Of a DNA stretch of 64,000 nt, positions 25,421 through 39,809 are shown in pieces. Source of the DNA: Ginglymostoma cirratum (taxonomy: Eukaryota); the NCBI GenBank assembly GCA_024137785.1, contig JAHRHZ010000115.1:1308428-1372427 (forward strand), given 5' to 3'. Under the pieces are notes generated by a model. It had not been told where the DNA came from. It was given only the letters and a program-made list of their open reading frames with translations, and ran no database searches. The number at the start of each line of letters is the position of its first letter. Positions within the stretch are counted from its first letter, which is position 1. Made by a program: the position numbers and the translations under genes.

Positions 25421-28400
25421 ATAATAACAAAGGAGAATGTATGTTATGAGGTAGTGGAAAACGTAATTAGGACCGAAGACCCGAGTTCAAACCTAGATGT
25501 GAGTAATAAACCTGTGAAGATTTTTTTTTATGGAAAACAATGGTAACAGCTTTAACAGCACGATGGTCATGTCCGGATCTGTAAGCCAAGAAATTTCACC
25601 TGGTTTAAAGATGTTAAATCCCACATCTGAAGTTTGTTCAAAAAAATATATGTAGACCAGCATTGCAGCTGACATTAACGCATTGAGGTAGAAAAGAAAA
25701 CGAGATTACCCTCGTTTTTTATTTAACAAAGAGCGTTGGAATAAGACAATGTGTGTTCAAAGCTGTGTCCTTTAGATTGGACAATTGCACCTGCTGGAGT
25801 CCAACAAAATCAATATTTTAAACAAGGATCGTTGCAGTGAAATATAAATTTTATTTTTGACAATACAACCGTTAAAGTATCAGAAATAGGGTGTCTAAAA
25901 TAAGAGGTAAAATATTCCATGATAATTTGCAAAAGGAAACTGTCTTCAGTTGAAAAGTAAATGGGCTATGGAAAATGTGGAGGTTATAAACGATGGCAAT
26001 AGTGTTTCAATTAGATGCAGGCAAAATAATTTAAATGATTAATGTACTCGCTGAAGTTGTGCTACTCGAGTCACTTTATGCCTCCTCTCCACCCGTATTC
26101 CTGCTTCAGTTGGTCTTCAGAATTTAACAATGCACAAGTACAAATTGTAGACCGGCTTGTCGAGATCCAGGCGTCATTTCCGTTCCATAACTGTGGCGCC
26201 CATGGACAGCCATCGCACACCTTCTTCCTTCTTTTGATACTGCAGTTGGAAGCCCGTTATTCTCATTTACTGTGTCCAATCTGTTCTGAATTCTTCAATC
26301 GAAAGAGTGCTGTTGCCAGTCCATTCCTGAAATTGGTTAGATCAGCAGAAACATGAAACAAGGATCTGTAATGCTGCTACAACTGAATGTTACCTGCTTT
26401 CAAGACTGATAGACTCAAACAGTAACAAACTGAATTGTCTCTTAACCACTCCTCATCATTAACTCACGACATGGCAGGTATGTCTTCCCTGTAAAACTCC
26501 ACTATCCCCATTCCTGATGTAAAATCTGTAAGAATCGTAACGATGGTTATATTTATCTAAATGAAGCTAGTCCTAATTGTTGATATCACTGTTCTATTTG
26601 GTTCCTGGAGCTTTAGGAAATAGTGTAAAGTCCAATTATGGGTATGACTGTTGAAGAGGAAATTGATGATACAATACATTAAAGCTTGAACGCAAATATT
26701 CACAGTAGTTCTTATATAGGACGTGTCCGTTCAGTTTGGATGAAGTGAATTAGAACAGGAATTTCTGAAATGAGAAATGATTCTTTTTTTCCCACAACGT
26801 TTAATAGTACCGTAAAAAAGTAACAAAGTAACAATCGGTACTATCTTGAAATCAGACACTGATATCATGAGAAGCACCGAATGTCACAATGATCTTGACC
26901 AAAACTCCACAATCAGATGTCCATGTATTGCTTGGCTCATACACCATGGTTTATGTTTCAGCGACGTCTCCCTCAAATTTAATGTGATATTCAACATCAT
27001 AGGATCACTGGTTCCCATGGGTGTCTTCATTATGAGGCCATTGTTTAGTCTGATAGTGTTGCATATTGCCAATTCTATTGGATCCTCTTTCTGGTCGACT
27101 CCACAAGAAGTTTTTCAGATAAATTGTCCTGAAAAATATATATATAAGCTTCTGATCGAGACTGCCCTTGACCAACTGAAGCAGTATAAGATTGGATTAA
27201 AATATCTCGTGATTATCTCTCATTTCTGAAAAGTGAACAGTATTTCTTACTTTATGTCATGTGTACTTCCTATCGAGAGGTGGGGGATGAGTGCTACACA
27301 ACACCCACATTTTAACGTTTGTAATTCAATTTCTCCACATAATCGTGTTCCACGTCTTAGTTTGTTTTAATTCGATCATTCCCTCTATCTTACTTACTGT
27401 ATAATGAAATAAGATAGCCACTCTCTACCGTTTCTTATTTTCCCGTCCTTGGGCTATCTGCTGCAACTTTCTACATTCAGGTACAATTCTATTCCTTTGA
27501 TTTTCAGAGTTGTCTCTCTAATTGCTATTAGATTGTGCTTCTTTATTTTTATTTGTACGTTTAGTTTACCTTTTCAGTTATGAATATAATGGCCATTCGT
27601 ATTCAGGGAACACTCTATAGTTTTTGTTTATCCTCTGGTCTTATTTCTTGATTATTTTTTCTTAACTTTGTACTCTCCTCCCGCTTATATCAAGACCAGA
27701 CAGTTAGTTTGTAATATTAATACAATTTATTTTCTTTTGACTATCTTATTTGCCACATTTTCTAAAATTTCATTACTTGTCCAATTTCATTAACTTCAAA
27801 TCTTCTCTAATTACCTAGTTATGTCGTTTGCATTTGCTAAATTCACAGCACCATTCAGATTAATGTTTGTCATCGTGAACATCACAGTCTTCCCCAGTGT
27901 CAGTACTGGCGGTAGAATTCTCCCACATTAATCGCTCAGCAAAGCAGCCGTCTCTCCAAATTGATTTTTTATTTACCTATTCCATGCAGTTCAGGAGAAC
28001 ACGAAAGATGCGACATGACCATTGACATTCTGCCTCATAATTTTCTGCCTGATACCTCCAATAGATTGTTTAAAAAAATGTTTCTTTTCTCCGCCTGTGC
28101 AGTTCTTACAAAGAATAAAGAACAAAGAAAATTACGGGACAGGAACAGTCCCTGCGGCCCTCCAAGCCAACACTGTACATTTGTGGCCCACGAAGATGGG
28201 ATCCACTTCTTCTTGATTATCTCCATCCCACCTCAAGTACCTCTCCCTTGGAAGATTTAGGAATATCCAGCATCAAACTTGCAGCATGTCAGAGTCTGAG
28301 TGGGAATGATAATGCAGATATTGAGCAGGCCATCTATCCTTGCTGAGTGGTAGAGAACGGGGTGGGGGGTTATTAAGTACGACAGAGTTTCATTCAATAG

Positions 28401-28894
28401 GGACTTGTGGAATATTTTCTTTTCTTTTATGATCATCATTATTTGCGATTCTCTTGCCTGAGGACAAAAAAATTCTGAAGCCCAAAGTTGAGCAGACATC
28501 CTGAAGACATTACACTCAGTTGAAATCATCCACTTGCAGTGTATCGGGATCTCTTTGGTGGGAGCTGGGAATGATTGCCCAGGATTCTTCCAGCGAACAG
28601 AACACCAGTGTCCCAGTTTTAATAGCAAATACTGAAGGGTAATTGAAGTTCGGGCGCTCTATATTTTGGGCTTGATTAAGGATCAGAGTTAATTCTTAAG
28701 TATGCTCATTATGCATCCACCCTGGATTAGTTAACAATACACTCGCATCAAATAAACCCGATAAACAGACAGCAGTACAACGTTCTAGGAAACTAACAGT
28801 GGAGTTGTGGAAACGTTGACCAGCATAACACACATGCAAAGAAATTGCTCCAAAGACAAAAAAAAAGGTGATCCAATATGTGTGGAGTATAGAT

Positions 28895-29590
28895 ATTCAG
28901 CACCTGTCTGCGTGCGTTTCCTCCAGGTGTGCCAGTTTCCACTTATAGCCCAAAGCTGTACAGTTAGGTTGACTGGTCATGCTAAATTGCCCCATGATGC
29001 CCATTGTTGCGGAGGCGAGGTGGACTAGCCAAGGAAAATGCAGTGTTAAAAGGATGGTGTTTTCTCTTGGTCGTATGCTCTTTGGAGAGGTGGTGTGGAT
29101 GCGATGGGCCAAATGGCTTGCTTCAACATTATAGACAATCTATGATTTCTAATCTGTGAATAAATTTACACATGCTGGTTTCAGTGAAAATACGAGTTGG
29201 AACAAAATGATATTAGCCCATCAGTCATCATCAACTTTCCTTGTAAGTTGTTGAACTATGTTACAGCTATTGAGCGCCATGATATCTCCGAGCTGCCTCC
29301 CATTACGGGAAGGCTGGGAACCATTCCAGCCTGGACTGATTGTCTGTGTGGAGTTGTCCATTTTCACGGTTTCCTATGGGTGCTGCTGTTTCTTCCCATT
29401 TTCCAAAAGTGTGCAGGTTAGGAGTATTGATAATGTTAAATTTCACATAGTGTTCAGGGATGTGCAGGCTGTCTCGATTTGACTTGAAAGCACGGGGATA
29501 GGGTGTGTTTTAGCCGGATAATCTTCGGAGAGTTGGCGACAACTCGATGGAATGAATGTCCTGCATCCACGCTCTAAGGATTCTATAATG
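28895..29590 (+). mobile_element. Two HE1-like V-SINE copies
   Basis: ggttgactggtcatgctaaattgccc and gactgattgtctgtgtggagtt...gtgcaggttagg; orthologous to 4690-5378. Confidence 0.7.
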
Positions 29591-29687
29591 TTTTTCGCAG
29601 AAGGTCAGGAATTATTGTTTCTGTTTCTTGTGTGAGAGCACCATCTGATGGACACTAATGGAACACTCGGTGTGGGGAGGGGGTGAA

Positions 29688-30025
29688 TGTGTTTGCAAAT
29701 GATCGATATATCTTTGTTTCAATGTTAGCTTCATATCACAGAAATAGAACATGCTGTCAGACAGAAGGGTCACGAAGATACGTACTGGAACTGCTTTGTT
29801 TCTTTTCCTTGTTTTATTCAGCAGAGAACCGATTTGCTTCATTTGAAGATTTCTCTTCAACCCCCGTGACATACATCTTCAGGCAACATCTTAGAGTTTT
29901 CCCGAGCTCTTTCGTGTACCAGAACTGCACCACAGAAAGAATACCTGTGTGTAATGACACGCTCTGAGCTTCTAGAATCATGAATTCAGATGAATACTGA
30001 GACACCGAACCCTGTCCACCCAAAC
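29688..30025 (-). pseudogene. TCR V pseudogene (paralogue of 5486-5822)
   Basis: GGQGSVSQYSSEFMILEAQSVSLH..FWYTKELGKTLRCCLKMY..NRFSAE*..LLSDSMFYFCDMK. RSS AACATTG-23-GCAAACACA has a mutated heptamer. Confidence 0.85.
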
Positions 30026-30432
30026 CTGAATCACAAATTCAGATTGATCTAAAACTCAGGAATAATGTATAATTCCTGGATGATATACCAACTATTTTAC
30101 CACAGTCTGTGCAGACAGGAAGATGGTGAATATGACAGAAAACAAGGGGAGCAAATGATGGCGGGATGAGTGTTGTATATAAAAATAAGCCAGAAGGCTT
30201 ATGATATGTTTACCCAACTCAGAGTCGGTAATCATTTATTGAGAAATTGAGCAGGGTTTTCATGAACAGAATTTGCTGTTCTGTCAGAACCAATGACAGT
30301 TATGATCCAATCAATGAAAGCTGAATAAAATTACTTTCTACTTTCTCTTTCTCAGTGAACTGTCTGTTATTCGGTTCATTTTGTCGAACTTAGCGTCTTT
30401 TACTGCCTGTTCGTCTCTCTCCCATCCCTTCC

Positions 30433-30992
30433 CATTTAGAATACTGTGTCCAATTTTGGGCCCCACACCTCAGGAAGGACATACTGGCACTGGAGCGTGT
30501 CCAGCGGAGATACACATGGATGATCCCTGGAATGGTAGGCCTAACATACAATGAACGGCTGAGGATCCTGGGATTGTATTCATTAGAGTTTAGAAGGTTA
30601 AGGGGGGATCTAATAGAAACTTTCAAGATAATGCATGGCTTAGAAAGGGTGGACGCTGGGAAGTTGTTTCCATTAGGTGGGGATACTATGACCCGTGGGC
30701 ACAGCCTTAGAATTAGAGGGGGTCAATTTAGAACGGGAATGAGGAGACATATCTTCAGCCGGAGAGTGGTGGGCCTGTGGAATTCATTGCCACGGAGCGC
30801 AGTGGAGGCCAGGACGTTGAATGTCTTCAAGGCAGAGATTGATAAATTCTTGATCTCGCAAGGAATCAAGGGCTACGGGGAGAGTGCGGGTAAGTGGAAT
30901 TGAAATACCCATCAGCCACGATTAAATGGCGGGGTGGACTCGATGGGCCGAATGGCCTTACTTCCACTCCTATGTCTTATGGTCTTATGGTC
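30433..30992 (+). mobile_element. CR1 LINE 3' fragment (relatively young)
   Basis: Open 127-aa ORF2 C-terminus (RRLRGDLIETFKIM...RVVGLWNSLP) with (TATGGTCT)n tail; absent in units A and C. Confidence 0.92.
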
Positions 30993-32779
30993 TTCCAGCT
31001 CTTCAAGACGGTGTGGACTCTGGGGAAAGAAAATAACCAAAAAAAAGGGTGTTTCACTCTTTTGACAAATATCAACACATCAGATTGAAGTAAAACAAAG
31101 AACTGTGCAATTTGTCTATCTGAAACAATAATGAAATTTCTGGTAAAATTCAACAAGTCTGCAACTGTGAAGCGAAAGCAAAGACAACGTGTAGAGTGCC
31201 GTGACCCGTCTTCCGAAAGACAGAGGAAGCATACCTGGTGAAAGAGGAGATTTCAGTGCAAGATGGTGGCATATTAGATCGCTCCAGGCGGAACTCCACT
31301 GCTTCCCCCATTCCTTTTCAATTTACTTTATTTTCTCTTCTATTTTTTGCATTTTGGCTTCCCTGCTCTCCAATCAAAGTTAAGTTCTTAAACTTACCGA
31401 AAGGGAATGCAGAAAGTAGGATGTGAACCTTTGTATGAGAAGAAGTCCAATACTAGGCCAGCGTGAGAGACATGTCATGGAAGCAAGTCAAGGGGCGGAT
31501 CGGGGCACGGGAAGCATTCTGAGGCCAGCCAGCATGACAGACGAGTCCTGTTCGCGAGTCGAGTCGAGTTGGAGAACCGATCGGCAGGTAGTCTGAGCCT
31601 GGAGCAGTTTGAAGACAATTGTTACAGGCGAGCTGGAAACTGGGGCGGGAGGAATTCCGAATCGAGTCCAGCCCAAGGAGATGAGTTTTGGTGGTAGGGT
31701 TTTGGCTAGAGGCTAGCGCAAGGAGGCTGCGAGCCCTTGAGTTCTGAAGCCTGGCTGGTACGGGGTCGGATTAAGGACCATAATTTGAGTACATTTTACA
31801 GATGATTTTGTTCGTTGTCGAGACTGTGAGGAATCCTATTTACGTATTCCCTGCTAGATTCTTCTTTACTAATCCAATTCTGTAACAATCACCTACATAT
31901 CTGTAACTAGGTATCCTCCATCTAAGATGCTGCCATAGCGGTGATATTTTTAGCTTTTTAGCTTTGCACTGCACTCATTCGAGTGCACATGATACAAAAG
32001 TCCGTTGAATTGTATTTTGTCTCTTTCTATTTGTCTCCTGAAAAGACAATGACATTTCTGTAATTAGTAGATGATAAAATGGAACACGCCTGGTGCTTCC
32101 CAGAGACATTCTGGAAGATAGACTCATACTGAAGCACATATTAGGGAAAGTGAGAAACAGTTCAGAGAAAGAGCTTGGGCTTTCAGAAATGGCATCAAAG
32201 GGGAAAGTATGGATTTTATGTTCCAGTGAGCACCTATAGTTCTTATTATTGGTTGAAGGATATTTCTTTCTTCCACTGAAACTCTCAAAATATAGATAAA
32301 CTATTTAGGTGAGCGTTTTATGCGTTAGAACACAGAAGTCTATGGGCCAAATGCTGGAATCTGAGATTATAATAAATGGATATTGATGACTAGCACTTAC
32401 AAGATGGACTGAAGGGGCTTTTCCGTGCTACAAAAACATGACTAGATCAGTCTAGAGGAAAACAATTTCTCCAGTGGAAACAAATCGAGACAAAGAGAAC
32501 AAAAACTGTGTCATTAAGAAAGGATGTAATCCTGGGAGGTGTCTTCCCTGAGAGGAGGGTGGAGGGATTAGGATTCGGGACATTCTGTCCTGCAAAATAT
32601 CTTTGATTTCCGATAAAGAAAGGGAGATATTTTTTAATACTTCTAAGAACCGATAAAATATCTGGGAACACCTAACAGTGACAACGGCAACAACAGAAGA
32701 GCTGTGTTGGAATTGCTGGTGGTTTTATATTCGAGATAAAAGCATAACACGGGATTGCAACCATTTCGCATGTTCTTCG

Positions 32780-34290
32780 GCAACAAAAACAGAAATTGTT
32801 GGAGAAACACAGCAGGTCTCGCAGCATTTGTGAAGAACAGTCAGAACTAACGTTTTCGCCTCAATGACACTTCTTCAGAACTTGTAGTAGCACGAAAACA
32901 GTGGTTTTAATGCAGTAGAAGTATAAACTATAGGTTGATACGAGGTACAAAGAGAGACAATCAAAGTTGGAGGAAAAATGAGTGGACTATCAGCCAATTA
33001 GAATAAATAGCTACTCACGAGAATTATTAGTGCCTAATAATGGAAGTGGTAAATGTGGGCACAATTACAAAGTATAAAAGGCACTTAGATAAGGGGGTCA
33101 ATCAGGAGGCATGTGGGCCAAGAGAGGAAAGATAGGAATGCTTTAATTTGGGATTATGTTCGGCTTAAACCAGAGAGACCCAAGGGTCTGCTTCCATGCT
33201 GCATAATTCTATTACTCGTTGATAACAAGGCCTGATGTGAATGCTTGGGGGAATGGGCTGGCAAAGAACTGAAACCCAAAAATTATTGAGGTCGATACTG
33301 AGTCCAAAAGGCTGCAGAGTACTCAAACAGCAAATGAGGTGCCATTCTCCCAACTTGTGCTGAACATCACTGGAGCACTGCAGCAAGCCTGAGACAGAGA
33401 TTTTGACCAGGTAACAAGGAAGTGCTTTGAACTGGTAGACAACGGCAAGCACGGGGTCATTTTGCGGACAGAATGTAGGTATACCTTGAAGCAGTCTCTC
33501 CATCTACACTTCATCTCCGCAACTTCGAGGACACTGAATGCAGTAGTCTATGCTGACTGAGATACAGGCAAAGCGCAGCTTCGCCTGGAAGATCTGTTCA
33601 GGTTCTGAGATATTGAGAAATGAGTTAGTAAACGGGAAGGTGTGACAACTTCTGCGGTTGCATTAGAAGGTACAATGAAAATATGGAGAACGATGGGAGT
33701 GAAGAAGAAGAAGTGCACCTTGTCGTTCCAGATAGAAACATTCTTGTACAAAGCAGACAAAAAAGGGGAATGGAATATATCTCTGGTGGTGCCAAAACAC
33801 TGGATGTAGTGGAAGTAGCAGCTAATAATTCTCTAGATGTGAATGCTGTTGGGATGTTTGGTGAGGACAAGGGGCAACTCGTTTGCTTTTGTGGTAGCGG
33901 ACAGAAGGTTTGACAGCTGAAGGTCAGGAGATTTCTCGGACGCAACTGCGTGGCCTATCTATTACGGTGCTAGGAAAACATTGGTTGTGGAAGAAAGTGA
34001 ATATTTCATAGGCATTCTTTTCGGGGTTACCATTATCAGAGCAGATACAAAGGAGAAGGAGAAACTTGGAGAATGGAATAAAATCTTTGTAGGAATTAGG
34101 GTTTGAAGATGTACAGTCAAGGAAACTCTGGATGCGAAGTCGTTTGTTGCAAATGCTGGTGGACAATTTATCCCAAGAAATGGAAACATAGATTTTGCGG
34201 ATGTGAAGGGAGCATTAAGAGATCAGCGAGGTGAATGTGAGAGAGGGGTGGAAATTGAAATGAAATTGATAATCTTTTCCAATTTTCATG
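32780..34290 (-). mobile_element. Decayed Penelope-like retroelement (paralogue of 8005-10075)
   Basis: FLDCTSSNPNSYKDFIPFSKFLLLLCICSD (conserved PLE motif) and GIY-YIG remnants. Confidence 0.78.
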
Positions 34291-37200
34291 AGGGACGGAA
34301 GCACATCAGGCAAATTGCAGTTGATCTCATGATGCGTTTGTGGGACACTTACTGAAATAATTCTTGCAGTTCATGATGCAATTATACCTCTAAAAATTAG
34401 GCTGTATTTATTAAAAACGAAAGTAACTGTAAATAAAGATTAACAATTACCAGGGTCACATAAACGTCCATTCGTTGACAGAGTGAGCATTGAAGCTTAA
34501 CACTAGACCACCAGGGAAGCCGACAGAAATCCTGACAGGTAGCCACTGTGCCATTTTTTCACGTCAGCTCCCCGTCCCCAGACGCAAGTTTCTTTTTGGC
34601 CTAAAAGGCAGCTTTTGCTGGAATGCAAATATTTCCCCAGAAAATGAAAACAGCAGCTGAGAAATCACAGATGAAATGTATGCTGATCTGGAATATACTC
34701 ACAGCTGCTTATATGAAACATTGAAATCATTCTCATTCCTCCACATCACGAATTCTATACTCTTCAGGACAATAAGTAAACGTAGCTTAGAAGGAATGAA
34801 AAGCTGTGAATTGCACGTGAGACAAGGAGGAGTCGAATCTCCACTCTTCTGGTAATACACATTAACTACTGTGCTATTGTCCCCACCCATGCCTAATGCC
34901 TACGTTCTGTGCAGTTGTGGTGTGCGCAGCTACTTACGGGCAAAAAAAACGGTGAAGGCAATGATAACTGGTGAGCACAAGGCACAATGTGAATGTGGAG
35001 CTTTTGATCCAAGGCTCAGTGTCAGTGCTAATTGGCCAGAGTTTACTGTCCATTGTTTACACTTGCTCACACATTCCTTTTATTCAGTTAATTTAGCAGG
35101 TTAATATATCCCTCTTAAACCAATGCCAGCGGTGATTGTCTCTTTATGTGAGTTTTCAGTAGAGGCTGCTCAGTTGTGAACTGCCTGTTTATGCAAAGGC
35201 AGAAGGTGATTAGAATTCTCATTGACTAGTGTGCACCAGGCACGAATAGAATGTGGAGCTTGTGCTCCAGCGTAGATGCTAATGGGTCAGTTTACTGTTC
35301 GATGTTTACACAGTCCTGGTCAATTTACCACAATTAAGCACTTACTCTTGTGAGGTTACTTCTGTGTGTATTGGCACAATTAGTTGGTCCTGAGAAAATG
35401 AACATATCCCTTTCATCCAGTTGGCTTAACAGTTTAAAGTTTCCCTTTTAAACCGAGACCAGTGGACATTGTCTCCTTCTGCAAGTTTTCTGTGGACACT
35501 GCTCAGTTGCGAATTGCCCATTTATACGAAGGCTGAAGGTGATTGGAATTCTCACTGAGCAACAGTGAAACAGAAAAACACGGAGTTACTGTGATCGAAT
35601 GGTTAAGGCAATAGGTATCTTGATCGGCAGGAGTGCCCAGCTGATGGCGCTATGCCTTACTTGGCGCCGTCGAGTTGACAGGTGATCCTGCTTTCAAATC
35701 CCTCTTCCTCTGCTGTGACCATTCCTTAATTTAACACCAACAGTAAAGATGTATATAGTGTGGGGTCAGTGGATGTGATATTCCTTCGGGACTGGGGTCA
35801 CTGATATTCATCATTGATGAAAATGGCACGAAGTACAGGTTTCATATATGGGTATGACACGAACGTATGGGCTATCATTAAAACTGAGGGAAGAGGTGAC
35901 AAAATACAAGAGTCTAAGAAACACGTTTCCTAAGAAGGTCCATTAGTTTACTTGAGGACGACTTTGTCGTGGAGTAACTGAGCGAGGAAAGGGGAAATAT
36001 TAACAGCAGAAAGGAAAATATAAGAAAAGTTGGTAGAAAATCCCAAAAGAGAACAAATTCCCAAATCAATGAAAAGGAGCAACTCCGTTCATCCAGGGGC
36101 ATGCAGAAACGTGTTGAACCAGTGTGTTAATATAAGGAAATCAGATTTTCTAAATTTAATTTTCACCTTTACATCTTAGCGGCATGTGTAACACTGATAT
36201 TAATTGTGCACTCTGTCAATACTTGCGGGAAAAACTGTGAATAAATCGCATCAATGAAAGAATACAAGAAAGAATCGCACAGACTCCAAAAAAAAACGAA
36301 AGTTTCCTCTCTACAGACACTGTCACATCTGCTGAAGTTTTCTAGCAGTTCCCATTTTTGATTCACATTCCTCCACCTTCAACATTACTTTAGGAAACCT
36401 TCACAGTGGTAGAATGGCCCAAGTTGTCTTAACTACTTGTTTCCGCAAATACAAAAACAGCCTCTTCTGAGCATGAACAATGGCTGCGACTGACTCTACT
36501 GCAAGTCAGCAAAGCGGGATGTTGGGTAAAGTTTACAACAAGCAATAAGCTCAGTCAAACTTCATAAGCTGCAATACCGCCACTGTGCAAAGCTGCTGCA
36601 GTACAGCCTGTGGAAAGCAGTTCTATCAGAGTCATATCTTTCACATTTATGGTGGGGTGCATACATCAGTATCCATCCATCTCTTTTGATTAATCTGCCG
36701 TGGAATTGATCAATTATTAATTTACGCTGAAATTCGATGAGAGGATTGAAACATTATTTCGCAGGCAGAATGTTAAAATGGAAGGGAATTAAGGATGGAA
36801 GTGACTTAAGAAACACAATCGACGAACAGCTTCCAGGGTTCCTGAAGTGTCTGTGCATACTACAACTGACCAATGAAATCGAGACTTAGAAACTAAATTC
36901 CCAAAAAGGATTTTGTAATAAAAATATGATCTTTGAAAAATGATTGTACCCAACTTATTCTTTTAAAAAAATTAAAACTGAGTCAACCCATCCTGATTTA
37001 TATGTGTGGGTATTTACAATTTCTTTCCTCTTGATGTACAAACGGTTTTGGAGTCTGCTACAGGAACGATGGAAAGGTTGCTGCTGCTTTAAACAGTCCT
37101 AATTAGTTCACACCGGCAGTTCGTTTGGATGACTGTTCTTTGTGCTCGTCTGACTTTGAATTTCTGTTAATGGGAGCTTTCCACAACTCATCCTAAATGT

Positions 37201-38515
37201 TTGAATCCCCTTTCGTCGCTCTGTTCCCGGGGACAATGAACTAATAAATTGTAAATGGACAAAACGTGTTGATACCGCACTCTCTGTTCTCTCTCACTGC
37301 TGGTCCAAAATCTAAAGATTAAATATATTCTTATCAGGCAGACGGAAATGTAGAACCCAGCAGGTAGAAATGCACAAACATTTTAGATAGGAACACGGTT
37401 CGGATCGGTGCTAGATTTTTTTTAAAATTACAGACAGATTTGATTTTGTGTAATTGTTTGCTCATGAACAACAGATTTCGTTGTTATAAGATTAGGGATC
37501 GATGGATCACTCTAGGGAAACGGAGTATCAGTCTCAGTTCGTTAGCTCACTTACTGACAAGTGAAACTAATAACAGTGTCTCAATGGTTAGAAGAATAGA
37601 ATTTGGCAGGAGATTTTGATCGAGGAGCAAACAAAATCCAATGGCAAATCCCGATCTTTCGGATTACAATATCAACTATAACTTTCCCTCTAAATCAGTC
37701 GCCATGATGACTTTGAACCTTTTTTTTTCAGTGCCTCTGGGTCAAAATCCTGGGATTCCCTTGCTCAGCGCGCTGTGAATGTCCCTGCACCCCAATGAAC
37801 TCAGCGGCTCAACAGGTAGCTCATCTTCACCTTCTCCAAGGCAATTTCGGATCACAATAGGATTTGCTTTCCCTCAAAAGTCGCCAGAGGGAAGAGAGAA
37901 ATCCACTGCTTAATACATAACTGATATATCCACATGTAAACAACTGACAAAGGCTCAATAAGCTTTCATCACAGGTGAAGAATGTTCATTTCCAGACAAC
38001 CCAGCAAGCGGAAGCCATGCATGATTGAAATTGCACGGATCACTGACTTATTCATCAGCTGTTACTGAATTTGGTCATTTGTTTAATGTTCGTCATATTT
38101 GATTTAAATCTCACGTTCTGGTTGATACTAGAAAGGAAGCCAGCTTTATCTGTACCAATGAACCGATCGCTCACCATTCTGGAATTGGAAACATGCAACT
38201 GCAGGGTTAGAGCACAATACCCACAAAATGTTCAACGTCATTCAGCTTAATCCAAAGTTTCATTATACGTCTCACGTGTATATTTTCGCTGTAAGAGTGA
38301 AGCAGCTTTAGAACCCTCAGAAGGCACTAAAATATATTTGCTTTTGAGTTTCGGAACTGAAAGTTTTTGTTTATTTCAATAATGTAATCATAACGAATAG
38401 AGTTACGTGTTCAAATGAAGATATCAGATACCACCGAGAATTTGTGAGCCACTTCAGACCGGCTTCTGATCTTACTGTTTGCCTGACATATTGTCATGTT
38501 CAGTCATGTTCCGAC

Positions 38516-38860
38516 AGTTTTTATCCAGGGTCAGTCGGTCTGATCTCTGCGGTGCTCAGTGCGCAGCAAATCAACACAGAATCTATCAGTTAAGTTTACA
38601 ACACTTTCAACTCGATAGGCTGTTCACGTTATCAAACTCTGAGGAAAACTGGTCTCCTCAGAAATCTCTCGGAGTTCCCAATATTTTGCAATCTCTTTGT
38701 CAGAATCTCCTTGGAACCACTATGCTGTTAACAGTACCAGAACAGATAAGGATAGTTGATTTTCGTAGCTGTGGGAATACAGAGAAAAAACTGGACGTAA
38801 TCTCCCTCATTCTTTTCGATTGAATCCAGGTTTCTGTGAGACGGAATCTCCTGGTCAACG
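38516..38860 (-). pseudogene. TCR V pseudogene with 23-RSS
   Basis: GDSVSQ..SIEKNEGDYVQ..C..NYPYLFWYC*...GDQFSSEFD...DSVLICCALS. RSS CACCGCA-23-ATAAAAACT (38554-38516). Confidence 0.85.
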
Positions 38861-39809
38861 TACAAATAAAAGAGTCAAGGTTAATAGTCAATTAAAGGAA
38901 AACAAAATATGTCATTATTCTAACAATCGGCCTGTCACCTTGAACAATGACACATGAAGTAAATCAGGAAATGTAATTCATAATGCAGTACACAGAATGC
39001 ATTGGATGTCATGGAAAGGGCTTCGACAGATTAATCAATAAACCTTCAATAGACAGATCACATCTTCTAACGAGGCTATTTCCCATTTTACCTCCACGAT
39101 TTAAAAGGTAAACAGCAAACGGCTGGTGTGTTTAAAACTCCTTCCTCTATCGTGTCATCTCAAAGGCCTCAGTCCCGTCTGTATTTCTAGTCTATCTCTT
39201 CCGCTGTCACCCAATCGGGGAACTTCACATTCTTCTCCTAAACTGTGCTCCACTCAGGGGCAAGTTTGAATCAGAAAAATATCTTCATTTGTGGAGAATA
39301 TACTGCTGCCTCGGTGTTCATTGAACAGCTTAAATAAGTACAAAAATACACAATTTGTGAATCTACTGGTGAGTCGAGCTGCAAAAATAAACACGGAGCT
39401 CCTGGCGACATGTTTGCAGGACAATTACGGTGAATGGCAGCAGAGTTGTCCGAAGTTGAAATTGTTTTAGACAAGATTTGGGCAGAGTTTGAATAATTTC
39501 AGAATCTCTGTCCTTTGGTTTATAATCATCATAGACATCAGGGGACAACCGATGTGTTTCGAGCAGCTTTTTTTCATCAATTCAAACTTTGAGATTCAAG
39601 CTCCTTTGAGCTCGACTTCACAGGAATGGGGCAGCGGGGAATGACAAAGTGAATTTATCATCTGACAACAAGGCCTTGGAGAAACAGTAAACGAAATGTT
39701 GATGCTGAGCAATTTTTGTTTATGTGTATTTAAATCCAGAGAAGGAAAACAGTACATGTCGTTCGAGTTCGCCAGTGAGCAGAGCTGTACTCTGACTATC
39801 AGAGCTCAG

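Noticed and set aside
26040-26530. Conserved block with similar plus-strand ORFs in units A and B (55040-55291)
   Set aside because: Similarity is explained by the segmental duplication; frames are not conserved and there is no recognisable domain.
34960-35560. Local three-fold repetition of ~250 bp
   Set aside because: Degenerate local tandem duplication of sequence single-copy at ~11490-11760; no regular repeat-spacer structure, so not CRISPR-like.
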